The notes: generated by a model from the letters alone, not told the origin. A stretch of 60,432 bases of DNA from Candidatus Omnitrophota bacterium (GCA_015233195.1 JADFYE010000014.1:1-60432), one strand, 5' to 3'. Positions 28,758 through 39,500 are shown, counted from the first letter of the stretch. Program-made: numbers and translations.

Positions 28758-30572
28758 ATGCGTAGAAATTTTGTTATAACCATATTTTTGGTGTTGCTGT
28801 GCTCCGCTTGCTCGCCTTTGCGTTCAGTTAAATGGGAGAATATGTATTCTCCTTTTGAACAGTTGCATATTGATGAAAAGACTACTTACGAAAACTCGCC
28901 TTTTACAAAATTAATAAATGTGGTTTTTAAAACGGGAATTACCGCATTACCTGGAAACGCGCCGCATTATGTTGATTTGCTTAACACCGGAGAGGACGCG
29001 TTCTTAGCGCGGGTTCATTTGATCCGTAATGCTAAACGTTCGATTTTGCTGCAGACGTATATTTGGGATAAGGATGAATGCGGCAGGTTTTTTATTAAAG
29101 AACTGATCGAAGCTGCAAACCGCGGAGTAAAAGTAAAAGTTTTGATCGATGCCATGGGCGCTACTAAAGATCTTGACCTGTTAGCTTATTTTGCCGACGC
29201 CAGCCCTAACCTTGAGATAAAATTTTATAACCCTAATGTTTTACGTATAAACCCTTCTGCTTTACAAATAGCGAGTCAAATGGCAATACGTTTAGATGGT
29301 ATGAACAAGCGCATGCACAATAAAACTTTAATTATTGACGACCAGATCGCGATCATGGGCGGGCGCAATTATCAGAATGATTATTTTGATATGAGCAGTT
29401 TAAGAAATTTTAAAGATCGAGATGTTTTAGTGGTTGGACCGATAGCCAAGCAAGTTACAGATTCTTTTATTCAATACTGGGCGTTTCATCAGGCAGTATA
29501 TGCTAAAGATATGTTGGATATTGGCGCTTTGATGAAAAATAAAACGTATAAAACAAAAATTACTGACCAGACTTTTGATTTTAACGATTTATTTAAAGAT
29601 GCTGAGACACAGTTGGCAGATCTAAAATTTATAGACCAGCGTTTTGTGAATAGCGCGCTTTTGGTGAAGCATTTGCAATTTATTGTTGATTTACCAGGAA
29701 AAAATTTCATACCTGGACTTGCTAGTGGAAGTGATGCAACTGATGCTTTATTAGATATTCTGCAGCAAGCCAAAAAACAAATAATTTTTCAAACGCCATA
29801 TTTAGTTTTGGATACTTATTTGGTCAAGAATATCCGTAAGCTGAAAAAACAAAATAAAGACTTGGATATCTTAATATCGACTAACAGTTTGGCAGCCACC
29901 GACCATATCACTGCTTACGCGCAATCTTTTAAACAGAAAAGTTTTTTTGTTGACGCTTTAAGGTTTAGGATATTTGAATTTAAGCCAGTGCCTAAGGATA
30001 TTGAGTTCATGCTTCCGAATTATAAAAAACACCCGCCAGAATTTTTTCCGGCTTACAAAGATTCAATTTTAGAGTGGGCAATGGAACCGATCTCTGTACC
30101 ACCGAATCGCAGATATGTTTGTATTCACGCGAAATCTTTTGTGATTGATGATCAAGTAGGCTGGGTCGGTTCATTTAATTTGGATCCGCGTTCAGCGCAT
30201 TTGAACACAGAATTAGGCGTTGTTATCTGGGATACAGCGTTTACTAAATTGCTAAAAGATAATATTGATGTGGATATGGCTACTGGTAATAGCTGGGTGG
30301 TGGGTCGCAGGAATAATGTACCGGTGGTAAAGCAATTAAATATGTTCATTGATAAAACTATGGAAACTTTGCCTTTGGGAGATGTTTGGCCATTCCAGCA
30401 TATTACGATGTTTGAATTAAAAGAAGGGGCTCAGCCAGTACCTTTCTATGATAATTTGTTCTATAAAAATTACCAGGAAGTTGGTTCTTTTCCTGAAGTT
30501 CCCTTTCCTCAAGGACAGATCAAAGTCATTCTGCTTAAAGCATTTATAGGTCTTGCAAAACCTTTAATGTAA
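28758..30572 (+). CDS. Phospholipase D family protein (ClsC-like), probable lipoprotein
   Basis: Two HKD motifs (HNKTLIID, HAKSFVID), GGRN and GSFNLDPRS; lipobox-like CSAC; start at ATG 28758. Confidence 0.9.
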   Translation: MRRNFVITIFLVLLCSACSPLRSVKWENMYSPFEQLHIDEKTTYENSPFTKLINVVFKTGITALPGNAPHYVDLLNTGEDAFLARVHLIRNAKRSILLQTYIWDKDECGRFFIKELIEAANRGVKVKVLIDAMGATKDLDLLAYFADASPNLEIKFYNPNVLRINPSALQIASQMAIRLDGMNKRMHNKTLIIDDQIAIMGGRNYQNDYFDMSSLRNFKDRDVLVVGPIAKQVTDSFIQYWAFHQAVYAKDMLDIGALMKNKTYKTKITDQTFDFNDLFKDAETQLADLKFIDQRFVNSALLVKHLQFIVDLPGKNFIPGLASGSDATDALLDILQQAKKQIIFQTPYLVLDTYLVKNIRKLKKQNKDLDILISTNSLAATDHITAYAQSFKQKSFFVDALRFRIFEFKPVPKDIEFMLPNYKKHPPEFFPAYKDSILEWAMEPISVPPNRRYVCIHAKSFVIDDQVGWVGSFNLDPRSAHLNTELGVVIWDTAFTKLLKDNIDVDMATGNSWVVGRRNNVPVVKQLNMFIDKTMETLPLGDVWPFQHITMFELKEGAQPVPFYDNLFYKNYQEVGSFPEVPFPQGQIKVILLKAFIGLAKPLM

Positions 30573-30575
30573 CCT

Positions 30576-30602
30576 CTTCCGTAACCCCCGGGGTTACGGA
30601 AG
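30576..30602. terminator. Perfect palindrome after the PLD gene
   Basis: CTTCCGTAACCCC-C-GGGGTTACGGAAG; no long T tract. Confidence 0.55.
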
Positions 30603-30608
30603 GTCCTC

Positions 30609-30636
30609 TTGACAACTCTTATTTATATGGCATACT
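30609..30636 (+). promoter_or_regulatory. Sigma70-type promoter for the large modular genes
   Basis: TTGACA, 16-nt spacer, CATACT; AGGAG SD at 30664-30668. Confidence 0.6.
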
Positions 30637-30674
30637 TACACTCCATTTATTTAATTATTATATAGGAGATGGAT

Positions 30675-33600
30675 ATGCTCAAACGTCTTATCAGTTCATT
30701 TGTTTTAACTGCATTTTTATTCACCAACCTTTTTTCCGGAACAGGTTATGCTCAAGTAGTATTACCAATGCCCGGTACAATGTTGACTCCGACTGCGGTG
30801 TATAATCCTGCAATGATCCGAGGGGTGAATATTGACCCAAACAATCCGCTTAAGTTTGATTTTATTCTGGATCGCGGCGATAAAGTATTATCCGATTCTG
30901 ACTTTAAACTAGAATCAAGTAAACTGGTTAAATATTTCCTCGCTGCTTTAACTGTCCCGCAAAAAGAAATGTGGGTCAACCTTTCTCCGAACGAGCCAGA
31001 CCGTATTATTCCAGAAAATTTTGGCAAGACTGAAATGGGTCGCGATGTTTTAGCACAGGATTATTTATTGAAACAGCTGACTTCTTCTTTAATGTATCCC
31101 GAAAATGAATTAGGCAAAAAATTCTGGTCAAAAATTTATGAAAGAGCAAAAAAAGAATTAGGCACAACTGACATCCCGACTGATACCTATAATAAAGTTT
31201 GGATTGTCCCGCAAGTCGCAAAGATTTACGAACATTCCAAAGGCGCGTTTATTGTATCGACTCATCTGAAGGTGCTTTTGGAAGAGGATTATTTTGCAAA
31301 GCAACAAGCACAAATTTCCAAAAGCATCCCGAGAACGCAGGACGAGGGATTACATGACGCAAAGTTAAAAGTGCAATTAATGCATCAAATTATTATCCCA
31401 GAAATTGAACGGGAAGTTAATGAGGGGGAGATTTTTGCTAATCTTCGTCAGATTTATAGTTCTATGGTCCTTGCTCTGTGGTATAAACAAGCTTTAAAAA
31501 ATTCTGCCTTAGGTCAGGCATTTGTAGACCAAAAGAAGACTTCAGGACTTGAAACTGGCGATGTAAAAGCTAACCAAAAAATTTATGACCAATATTTAGC
31601 CGCGTTTAAAAAAGGCGTTTATGATTACGTTAAAGAAGAGTATGAACCTTCAGAACAAAAAATCATCAGTCGCAAATATTTTTCAGGTGGAGTTTCCGCA
31701 GATAGAGCTCAAATTAATACAATAAGAAAATCCGATGCTGCAGTATTAAATGCAGTTGATAAACTTGGCTCCCGCGTGAAAATCGCAAGCGTTACAGTTG
31801 GCGACGAAGCAATGCTTTCCGGAACAAATGCGATGGAATTTCTTTTTGCGAGTTACGCGGATATTAAAGGTGTAATGAGAGGTTTGGAAGAGTGGAAAGC
31901 TAAGGATCGGGATGAGGCAGAACGGTTAGTGGCAATTTTTGCTAAGCTGATGCCTAAGTTAGATGAATTCGAGAGCGGAGAATATCAATTATCGTCGGAT
32001 GAACAACAATTGTTGAATAAATTTGGTGAAGAGTTTATAGGGTCTAAAGATGGTATTTTGAGTTTTTTGAAAAATTTAAAAAAATCTCAGATCGCGGTCG
32101 TTCCTCCTGGAATTGTTAAAAATGTTCATAGAGACAAGAAAGTTTTTATTACAGGCGGTGGCGGATATATAGGAAAGAACGTTGCTTATGAATTATTAAA
32201 AGCAGGTTCGGATGTTGTGCTTTATGATGTATCGCCGAGAAATGTGGAAGCATTAATTAAGGAATTTGGAGAAAAACGCGTAGAAGTGGTTAGACAGGAT
32301 ATGCGGGATCTTCACATGCTGAAAAGGGCAATGCTGGGATGCGATTCTGTGGTGCATTTAGGCGCTTACATTGCCGCAGGTGATTCTACAAAACGACCGG
32401 CTCAATATTACGATGACAATGTGTTAGCAACATTGAACTTGTTAAAAACCATGAAAGAACTGGGTATTAGTAATTTGTCATTTGCTTCCAGCGCGGGAGT
32501 TTATGATGGAATTAATTTTAATAAAAATGAAGTTTTAGACGAAACTATTCATGCTAATCCGCAAAATCCTTACGGAGAGACCAAACTCATGATGGAGCGC
32601 TTGATGAAAGCGTATGGCGAGGATATTAATTGGTTTGCTGTCAGATTTTTTAATGTGGCAGGCGCAGTGTCGTTTAGAGGACGGGATGGTAAAGAATATG
32701 TTTTGGGAGAAGATCATGATGGCGCAGAAACCCATGTTATCGCCCGAGCAATTCAATCATTAAAAGAAAATAAAATTGCATTTAAAAAATTCGGTATTGA
32801 TTATAACACTCCGGATGGAACCAATGTTCGGGATTATATTCATGTAGGCGATTTAGCAAAAGCCATTGTCCGAACTTTGGCTGTACAGTATGTTAATGCT
32901 GAAAAGAAAATGAAGACCGCGCAGATTGTTAATTTAGGAACAGGATCTGGCACATCGGTTAATGAAATTACAGAGGCGATTCTTCAAGAACATAAAGCCG
33001 CAACTGGCGAAGATTTAAAATTTAAAGATGCTCCTCGTCGTCCAGGAGATCCGGATGCTTTAAAAGCCAGCGGGCTCAATGCTTTTGTGGAATTGGGTTT
33101 TGTTCCAACCCGAGGGGTTAAAGAAATTGTTAGGAGTGCTTATAAATATCATGTAACCCATCCGATTAATATTGATAATATCAAGCAGCCAGAGGCGAAA
33201 GATCAAACCAGCGAATCAAAATATTTAGAAACAATCCGTTTATCAATTATGCAAAATAAACAAATACCTTTAGACGTTCGTTTTGAGATTTTGTATCGGT
33301 TATTTATAGATATGGTTCGCGAACCAGCAGTTAATTATCGTGTTGGGAAAGGAATGGATCCGTTTAATGACAAGCAAAAGGAATTAATCGAAAAAATTAT
33401 TCAGGCTTCAACAGTAATATTTTCAACTCCAAATGTTTCTATAAGGGAGCAAGTTGCGAATAGCATGATATTAAAAAAATTATTTATTGATTTATATTTG
33501 GATCTTAAAGAAAGTGCTAATACATTTGAAAAGTTGGATTTTACAAGAGCAATGGATAGTTTTTATTCAATGGCTTATTTAGGAGAAGATTTATTAGATA

Positions 33601-36476
33601 GTAAAAATGACGAAGCCATGATCTCTAAGCGTAAGACAGATGAAGCAGTATGGAAAGAGTGGAAAGACGTTGATGCGACTATAGTAAAGAATTTAAGAGA
33701 TTGGCTGCCGCGCGAAACATTTTTAAATTTAATGGCAGAGAAAACAAAAAATCAAGAGACATGGTGGTCCGTATATTTTAATAACTTGGGTGAGGTTATC
33801 GGATGGGAGTATCGTCGCGGTAAAGCTGTAGAATTACAGTTTAACGGCACAAGATCTGAATACGTGTTACGCGGTGATAATGATTTTGATGGGGTGATAG
33901 CAACCAGCATTAAACTTTACGACCAAAGTATTTGTTTAGCTATGGGGCCTCGTATTTCAAATAAGATAACTCCGCAGGAAAAGGAAAATGGGGCCGCATG
34001 GGTCCATGGTGATGGTTGGAAAATGCCATTCTTGGGTCAGCATGGAATTAATATGAAAACTTTCTGGCGAAATAACTGGCGATCTTCTAATTTTGCTATA
34101 GATGTAGGAGAGAAGAAATATGGCAATATTATTGGGGCTGATGGTTTAAAAAAATGGGTGCCAATAGGTTTATTTTCGCAAGCGGGTGAGCTTTCAGTTG
34201 TATTGGTCGAAAGAGGCAGTCAGATTGTAGAAGGAAAGATACCAGTTGAGCGGTATTCTTTAAAAGGTATACGATTTGGACGCGATGAACAGTTTGATTT
34301 TACGACGAGGACGATTTTAACGCAAAAAAGCGTCGGTTTGTCAGAATCAGTTTTTGGTGAATTTTATTCAGAGGAAATGGAGATCGATAATGTTTCTAAG
34401 ACCGGAGAAAAAATAATTATCCCAGTTAAAATAAACAATAAAGAGTATTCTTTAAAAATATTTAGGGATAAAGATGGCAGGTTTTTTGTTTACGAAAGTT
34501 ACTGGCTTTTTGATCTTTTTGGTGATGATAAAACAGAATTTGCAGAATTTTTTAAATTATTGGCATCGTTAGTACCTGCAAACAGCATATTAGAAAATGT
34601 TATTGACGGGATTAAAAAACAAATCGTCAAAGATCCGTTGTCATTAGTTAAAATAAATGGCTTAGGGGAAATCGATCCGTATCCAAATCCAAATTCTGAC
34701 AAGGCGATGATTATTTCTGAACCGGATAAAATTGGGATAGCGGATAAAGGTGTTAAAGAATATACCAGAGAATATCCTGTGACAGTCATTGGGTTGCGCG
34801 ACGACGTGGTGGCGTTGCGTTTAGGTTCAGACGCGCCTTTGTTCATAGATGAAAAGGATCAAATACTAGGATTTTTAGAAAAGGATGTCACACGTTTTAT
34901 AGAAAATGAAATACCCGGAAATCATCCGATTGAGGAAGTGGATAAAGTTGTTAAACAAATTAGAACATATATGGGCGTGCCAAAACTCACAGTTGTAAAG
35001 CGTGAAGCGAGTCAGTCTTCTGTTAAAGGTTTAAAAGTTACGGTTAACGTGACTTGGGATCGGGCTATGCAGTCAGCAGCGCTTCAAATTGAAGGTCGTA
35101 TATTTTATAAAGATTCTTATGGGTATGGACAAGTGTTTGCATTTATTAAAATTGACGGTCAACTTAAATATATGTTGCAATTACTTCAACATCAAGACGG
35201 TGGAACTGTATGGGGCGCATATTTGGTGCCTGAAGAGAATTTTAAAAGTAATGGAAGTATCGGAACAGAATATGCAAAATTAAGTGCTTCTGCTTTAAGT
35301 ATTAGACCCATAATTTATTTTCCTCATGATCTATTTGTTTCGGATTATACAAAAGGGAAATTAGCAAAACCAAACGATAAATATCCTTGGTTGGAAGATT
35401 TGGTTCGTCAGATTTTAACTAGGGTTTTTTGGCAAACTCAAAATGACCCTGGTATAAATTTGCAAAAAGTTGCTTGGGCGTTTAATTTGCCAGTGGCGTT
35501 AGGTGATTTGTCTTTTAATGGAATAATGAGGAAACAAGTTTCGGTAGAGGTTTCAGACGATGAAGGTTTTGTGAGGAGTAATGTGAATTTTTATGAAGGT
35601 GATGTTGGTGATATAAAAATAACGAAAGTTGATAATGGATATCGGGTATATTATCAAACCAGAGCAAGCAAAGATTGGTATTTGATTGGCGCAATTGATG
35701 AAAATTTGGTAGGAGATGAAAATTTTAATGCGTGTACTAAATCAAAAATGTGGCTAACTGAAGCAGTAAAACAAACTATTGAGCAGGCACAAAAACTTGG
35801 CATGACCATTACCAAAGATGCTGCAATGATGAAAGCATCACAACCGCCGAATCAGTTTAATGGACCATACGTCAGAGAGGTGGCAGGACAAAAGCAAGTA
35901 GTGGCTTTTGTTAATATTTATGGCTTAAATAATTATATGTTGCAGTTGGTAGCTGAAAATAATGGTTGGCATGTTTTAATGGTTTCACAAGATTATTATG
36001 TTCGGTCTATGGGAGAAAGTCTGGGCACAATAGCTTCGAGAATGGAAATAGAGTCGAGAAATGATCGTATAAAACAAAAATATTTTCCTGCATTATGTAT
36101 AGTTGGGCTTAAAGGGTTTTATATTAATGGTGAGCTTTCATCACACGACAGTATTAAAACAGACTTTCCGTGGTTAGAACAGTTAGTTAGTGAAGTTTTA
36201 GCAAAACTTCCGAAAGATAAAGCCGCATTAGTAAAAGACGGTGGTATAGACTTGAATAATACTAATCTCGACGTGAATAAAGTTGAAGGTGGTTTTAAAA
36301 TTAATGCGGATGCTGCAATGATCCAGCAAATTCAAAATGCTACTGGTTTAGTGCCGGTTAGGATCGATATTTTTACAGTCGGGAATTTACGATTATTGCT
36401 GGGTTTGTCGGATACAACAACGCCGTCAGTTGCGTCGGACGAATCGTCGCCGATGGATAGGAAAGTTAATAGTTAA
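30675..36476 (+). CDS. Large secreted modular protein 1: signal peptide, conserved N-domain, DxAM-delimited cargos (including a GalE-like epimerase), GGIDL tail
   Basis: Start at ATG 30675 from SD spacing and the paralog alignment. The N-terminal ~370 aa are homologous to the next ORF. GalE motifs GGGGYIG, YGETK, RFFNVAGA, DGTNVRDYIHV and RRPGDP are present. Confidence 0.88.
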   Translation: MLKRLISSFVLTAFLFTNLFSGTGYAQVVLPMPGTMLTPTAVYNPAMIRGVNIDPNNPLKFDFILDRGDKVLSDSDFKLESSKLVKYFLAALTVPQKEMWVNLSPNEPDRIIPENFGKTEMGRDVLAQDYLLKQLTSSLMYPENELGKKFWSKIYERAKKELGTTDIPTDTYNKVWIVPQVAKIYEHSKGAFIVSTHLKVLLEEDYFAKQQAQISKSIPRTQDEGLHDAKLKVQLMHQIIIPEIEREVNEGEIFANLRQIYSSMVLALWYKQALKNSALGQAFVDQKKTSGLETGDVKANQKIYDQYLAAFKKGVYDYVKEEYEPSEQKIISRKYFSGGVSADRAQINTIRKSDAAVLNAVDKLGSRVKIASVTVGDEAMLSGTNAMEFLFASYADIKGVMRGLEEWKAKDRDEAERLVAIFAKLMPKLDEFESGEYQLSSDEQQLLNKFGEEFIGSKDGILSFLKNLKKSQIAVVPPGIVKNVHRDKKVFITGGGGYIGKNVAYELLKAGSDVVLYDVSPRNVEALIKEFGEKRVEVVRQDMRDLHMLKRAMLGCDSVVHLGAYIAAGDSTKRPAQYYDDNVLATLNLLKTMKELGISNLSFASSAGVYDGINFNKNEVLDETIHANPQNPYGETKLMMERLMKAYGEDINWFAVRFFNVAGAVSFRGRDGKEYVLGEDHDGAETHVIARAIQSLKENKIAFKKFGIDYNTPDGTNVRDYIHVGDLAKAIVRTLAVQYVNAEKKMKTAQIVNLGTGSGTSVNEITEAILQEHKAATGEDLKFKDAPRRPGDPDALKASGLNAFVELGFVPTRGVKEIVRSAYKYHVTHPINIDNIKQPEAKDQTSESKYLETIRLSIMQNKQIPLDVRFEILYRLFIDMVREPAVNYRVGKGMDPFNDKQKELIEKIIQASTVIFSTPNVSIREQVANSMILKKLFIDLYLDLKESANTFEKLDFTRAMDSFYSMAYLGEDLLDSKNDEAMISKRKTDEAVWKEWKDVDATIVKNLRDWLPRETFLNLMAEKTKNQETWWSVYFNNLGEVIGWEYRRGKAVELQFNGTRSEYVLRGDNDFDGVIATSIKLYDQSICLAMGPRISNKITPQEKENGAAWVHGDGWKMPFLGQHGINMKTFWRNNWRSSNFAIDVGEKKYGNIIGADGLKKWVPIGLFSQAGELSVVLVERGSQIVEGKIPVERYSLKGIRFGRDEQFDFTTRTILTQKSVGLSESVFGEFYSEEMEIDNVSKTGEKIIIPVKINNKEYSLKIFRDKDGRFFVYESYWLFDLFGDDKTEFAEFFKLLASLVPANSILENVIDGIKKQIVKDPLSLVKINGLGEIDPYPNPNSDKAMIISEPDKIGIADKGVKEYTREYPVTVIGLRDDVVALRLGSDAPLFIDEKDQILGFLEKDVTRFIENEIPGNHPIEEVDKVVKQIRTYMGVPKLTVVKREASQSSVKGLKVTVNVTWDRAMQSAALQIEGRIFYKDSYGYGQVFAFIKIDGQLKYMLQLLQHQDGGTVWGAYLVPEENFKSNGSIGTEYAKLSASALSIRPIIYFPHDLFVSDYTKGKLAKPNDKYPWLEDLVRQILTRVFWQTQNDPGINLQKVAWAFNLPVALGDLSFNGIMRKQVSVEVSDDEGFVRSNVNFYEGDVGDIKITKVDNGYRVYYQTRASKDWYLIGAIDENLVGDENFNACTKSKMWLTEAVKQTIEQAQKLGMTITKDAAMMKASQPPNQFNGPYVREVAGQKQVVAFVNIYGLNNYMLQLVAENNGWHVLMVSQDYYVRSMGESLGTIASRMEIESRNDRIKQKYFPALCIVGLKGFYINGELSSHDSIKTDFPWLEQLVSEVLAKLPKDKAALVKDGGIDLNNTNLDVNKVEGGFKINADAAMIQQIQNATGLVPVRIDIFTVGNLRLLLGLSDTTTPSVASDESSPMDRKVNS

Positions 36477-36501
36477 TCGATTTATAAGAATCAGGATATA
36501 T

Positions 36502-39500
36502 ATGTTTAAACGCCTTATCAATTTAATCTTTGTGACGGCGTTTTTAATCAATAATCTATTAGCCGGCACAGGATACGCGCAAATGCGTTTATCGGCTTTG
36601 GCTCCAATGATTAACTCTGTTCCCGTGCCTCTGATCAAAGGCTTGCGTGTTGACCCCCAGCAGCCATTTAAGTTCGAATTTGTAGTCGATCCTAATGGTT
36701 CTACGAATAAAAATGATATCCAGCTTCTAATCAAATATTTTCTTGCTGGTTTAACTATTCCTGAAAAAGATTTATGGGTGAATTTGTCTCCCAAAGAACC
36801 GGACCGAATCATCCCTGAGGCGTTTTCTCAGACGGATATGGGAAAAGGTTTGCTTGAACAGGATTTCATATTAAAACAAATGACCAGCGCCATGATCCTG
36901 CCTAATAATAAATTGGGCAAGGAATTTTGGGAAAAAATTTATGAGAAAGCATATGAAACGAGAGGTAAAGAGGGAAAGGATTCCCTCTCCAGCCTCTGGG
37001 GAGAGGGTAAGGGTGAGGGGATTTTAAATAAAGTATGGATTATCCCCGATAAAGCAGTTGTATACGAAGGAAATAATACTGCGTATGTTGTAGAAGCAAA
37101 GTTAAAAGTGATGACGGAAGAAGATTATTTAGCTGGTGGTAGCCCCGTAAAATCGCTACGCGATCACGGGGTTTTAAATTATCAGACATTTTTAAAAAAT
37201 ATAATTATCCCCAAAATCGAAGCTGAAGTCAACGAAGGTCCTCAATTCGCCCAGCTCCGTCAGATCTATCACTCACTCATCCTTGCCATGTGGTTTAAAA
37301 AGAATTTGCAAAATCATATTATCAATAAAGGCTATTCTGACCGCAATAAGGTCGACGGTATTAATAATAATGATCCGCAAGCAAAACAAAAAATTTATGA
37401 CGCGTATTTAAAAGCGTTTACCGACGGCGCAAACGCGCTCATTAAAGAAGACTACGATCCTAATACTCAACAGATCGTACCGCGTAAATACATTTCCGGC
37501 GGGCTGGATTACACGCATTTTGATTCTGCAATGACGGTTACACAGGATAAAGCTATGGTTCCTGCAGAGCAGGGCTTAGTGTTGGTCAAGTCTGGCATAT
37601 TATCATCAGACAGCAAAATAGAAGAAACAGATGCGGCTATGAAAGTCCAAACAATTTTGGATCAGCAGAAAAAAGCTGGTTTGTATGTTTGGTCTGATGA
37701 TATTTCGCGGAAAGGTGCCCCGAACGGAGAGATAAATGATTTTGATCCATTCTTTGTGAAAAAATATGATTTTATTGATTTCATCATGACTCCTTTATCG
37801 AATAAAGAAGATATTTTGAAACGTCAAACTGCAGTTAAAGTATTTTTGGGACTTCCTGAAGAAAAACGTAGAAAATTAAGTCGAACGATCAATGATACAC
37901 TCAGGTGGTTTGAAGCGTACCAATTTTTTGGTCAATATACGTCGGATGAAGATGAAGTTTTTTCGCAGGATGAAAGGATCCCGCTACTTCTTCAGCGGAA
38001 GAAAAAAATCGGTAAAGATTATTTACAGAAAATAGCAGAGTATGAAAAAAAGGAAGGGTCTGATTGGTATTTGCGTCAAATTAATTATGGGGACCTTGAA
38101 CGGGATGCGCATGCTATGTTTAAAAGAATATTGACCCTTGATTCCGCGTTTGAGCGATTTTTTGATGAAATCCGTGAAATAGGTGATCCTTTGTTAACAC
38201 AATTGGCAGAAGATATATCAGCCATATTGAAAAAAACAAAAATGCCGTCTATTGAGGAGATTCTTGAAATTGCAAAGCGCGGGGATGAAAAGGCGCTCGA
38301 TAAAATTTTCAATAAGGTTCAGGATTCCGAAGAAATATTCGGGCAAATGATGATGTTCATTAATTTTGCGGACATGGTCAAAGAGATGCATTTTCAAGAA
38401 GCCACATATGATGATGAAAAACCTGCTGGGTATAAGAATGGTTGGATGTTTACAGATTCCCGGGATAAACAGGTTGTAAATAATTCCCCTGAAGATATTC
38501 CGGTTGCGGTTTATACAGGAAGCCAAATGGCTGGGAAATCGTATCAATTAAAACAGAATTTTTTTATCCAGCTTCTTGGGCAGTCAATGGGTTTTGTTCC
38601 AGCGGAGAACGCGAATATCCGTATTTATCAGAGTCTTGCGTTTTTAGATCGTCCGAGGACGCAGGCGCTCTATGACTTAAGTGCGTTTCAGGTAGAAATA
38701 AGAAATTTACTACCTGTGGACCGGAATAAAAAACACCCTTTGTTATTATTTATGGATGAGGGATATTCTACGACGTCACCGAATGAGCAGACCAGATTTT
38801 TGATAGGGACGCAAAAATTTGTTGAATCTTTTCAAGGGAGAATGCGTGTTGCCACGCATAATGAAGAATATATCCAGTGGGCAGAGATACAGCCTTTAAC
38901 ACGAATATATCACCCAGAGGTGATATTAAAGCCTGATGGAAAACCGGATTACAAAAGAAAGATTCTGCCTGGATCAGGAGATTCTTTGGCTATAACGGTT
39001 GCAAGATCTGAAGGTTTACAAAAAGAGATATTAAGCAGGGTCGAACGGTACCATGAACAAAATGGACAACTTGAACCAGTTGCGGATATTAAAAAAACAA
39101 TAAATCCTCTCACTCAATATTCAGAAGAAGAACGCGCTATATTAAAACAACGATCAGAGAGTTTTACCGGATTTTTACCTTTGGATAATGAACTGGTCAT
39201 TGATGATCAAGGACACGGAGGGAAAAATACTTTACGTTGGAAAGATCCGAAGCATAGTTCTCGAGAATCATCATTGTCCAGGTTTTTTGATCTGGACGAA
39301 AAAAGAGTAGCAGCTGCGTATCCGCCTAACGGTATTTTTTATCCATATTCCAAAGATAAGCATTGGTCTGATGGACAGCTTCAAGAAGGGATGAGTACTA
39401 TTATAAGCCGGATGTTGAAGATGGGCGCAACGAGTGATCCTAAAGAATTATTAGAGCGCCAGAAAATGTTTGAGTTGTTATCATCCAGTAAAATAGACAA

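Noticed and set aside
36430-36501. Upstream TTG start for large protein 2
   Set aside because: It overlaps protein 1. ATG 36502 has an SD-like AGGA and aligns with the protein 1 signal peptide.
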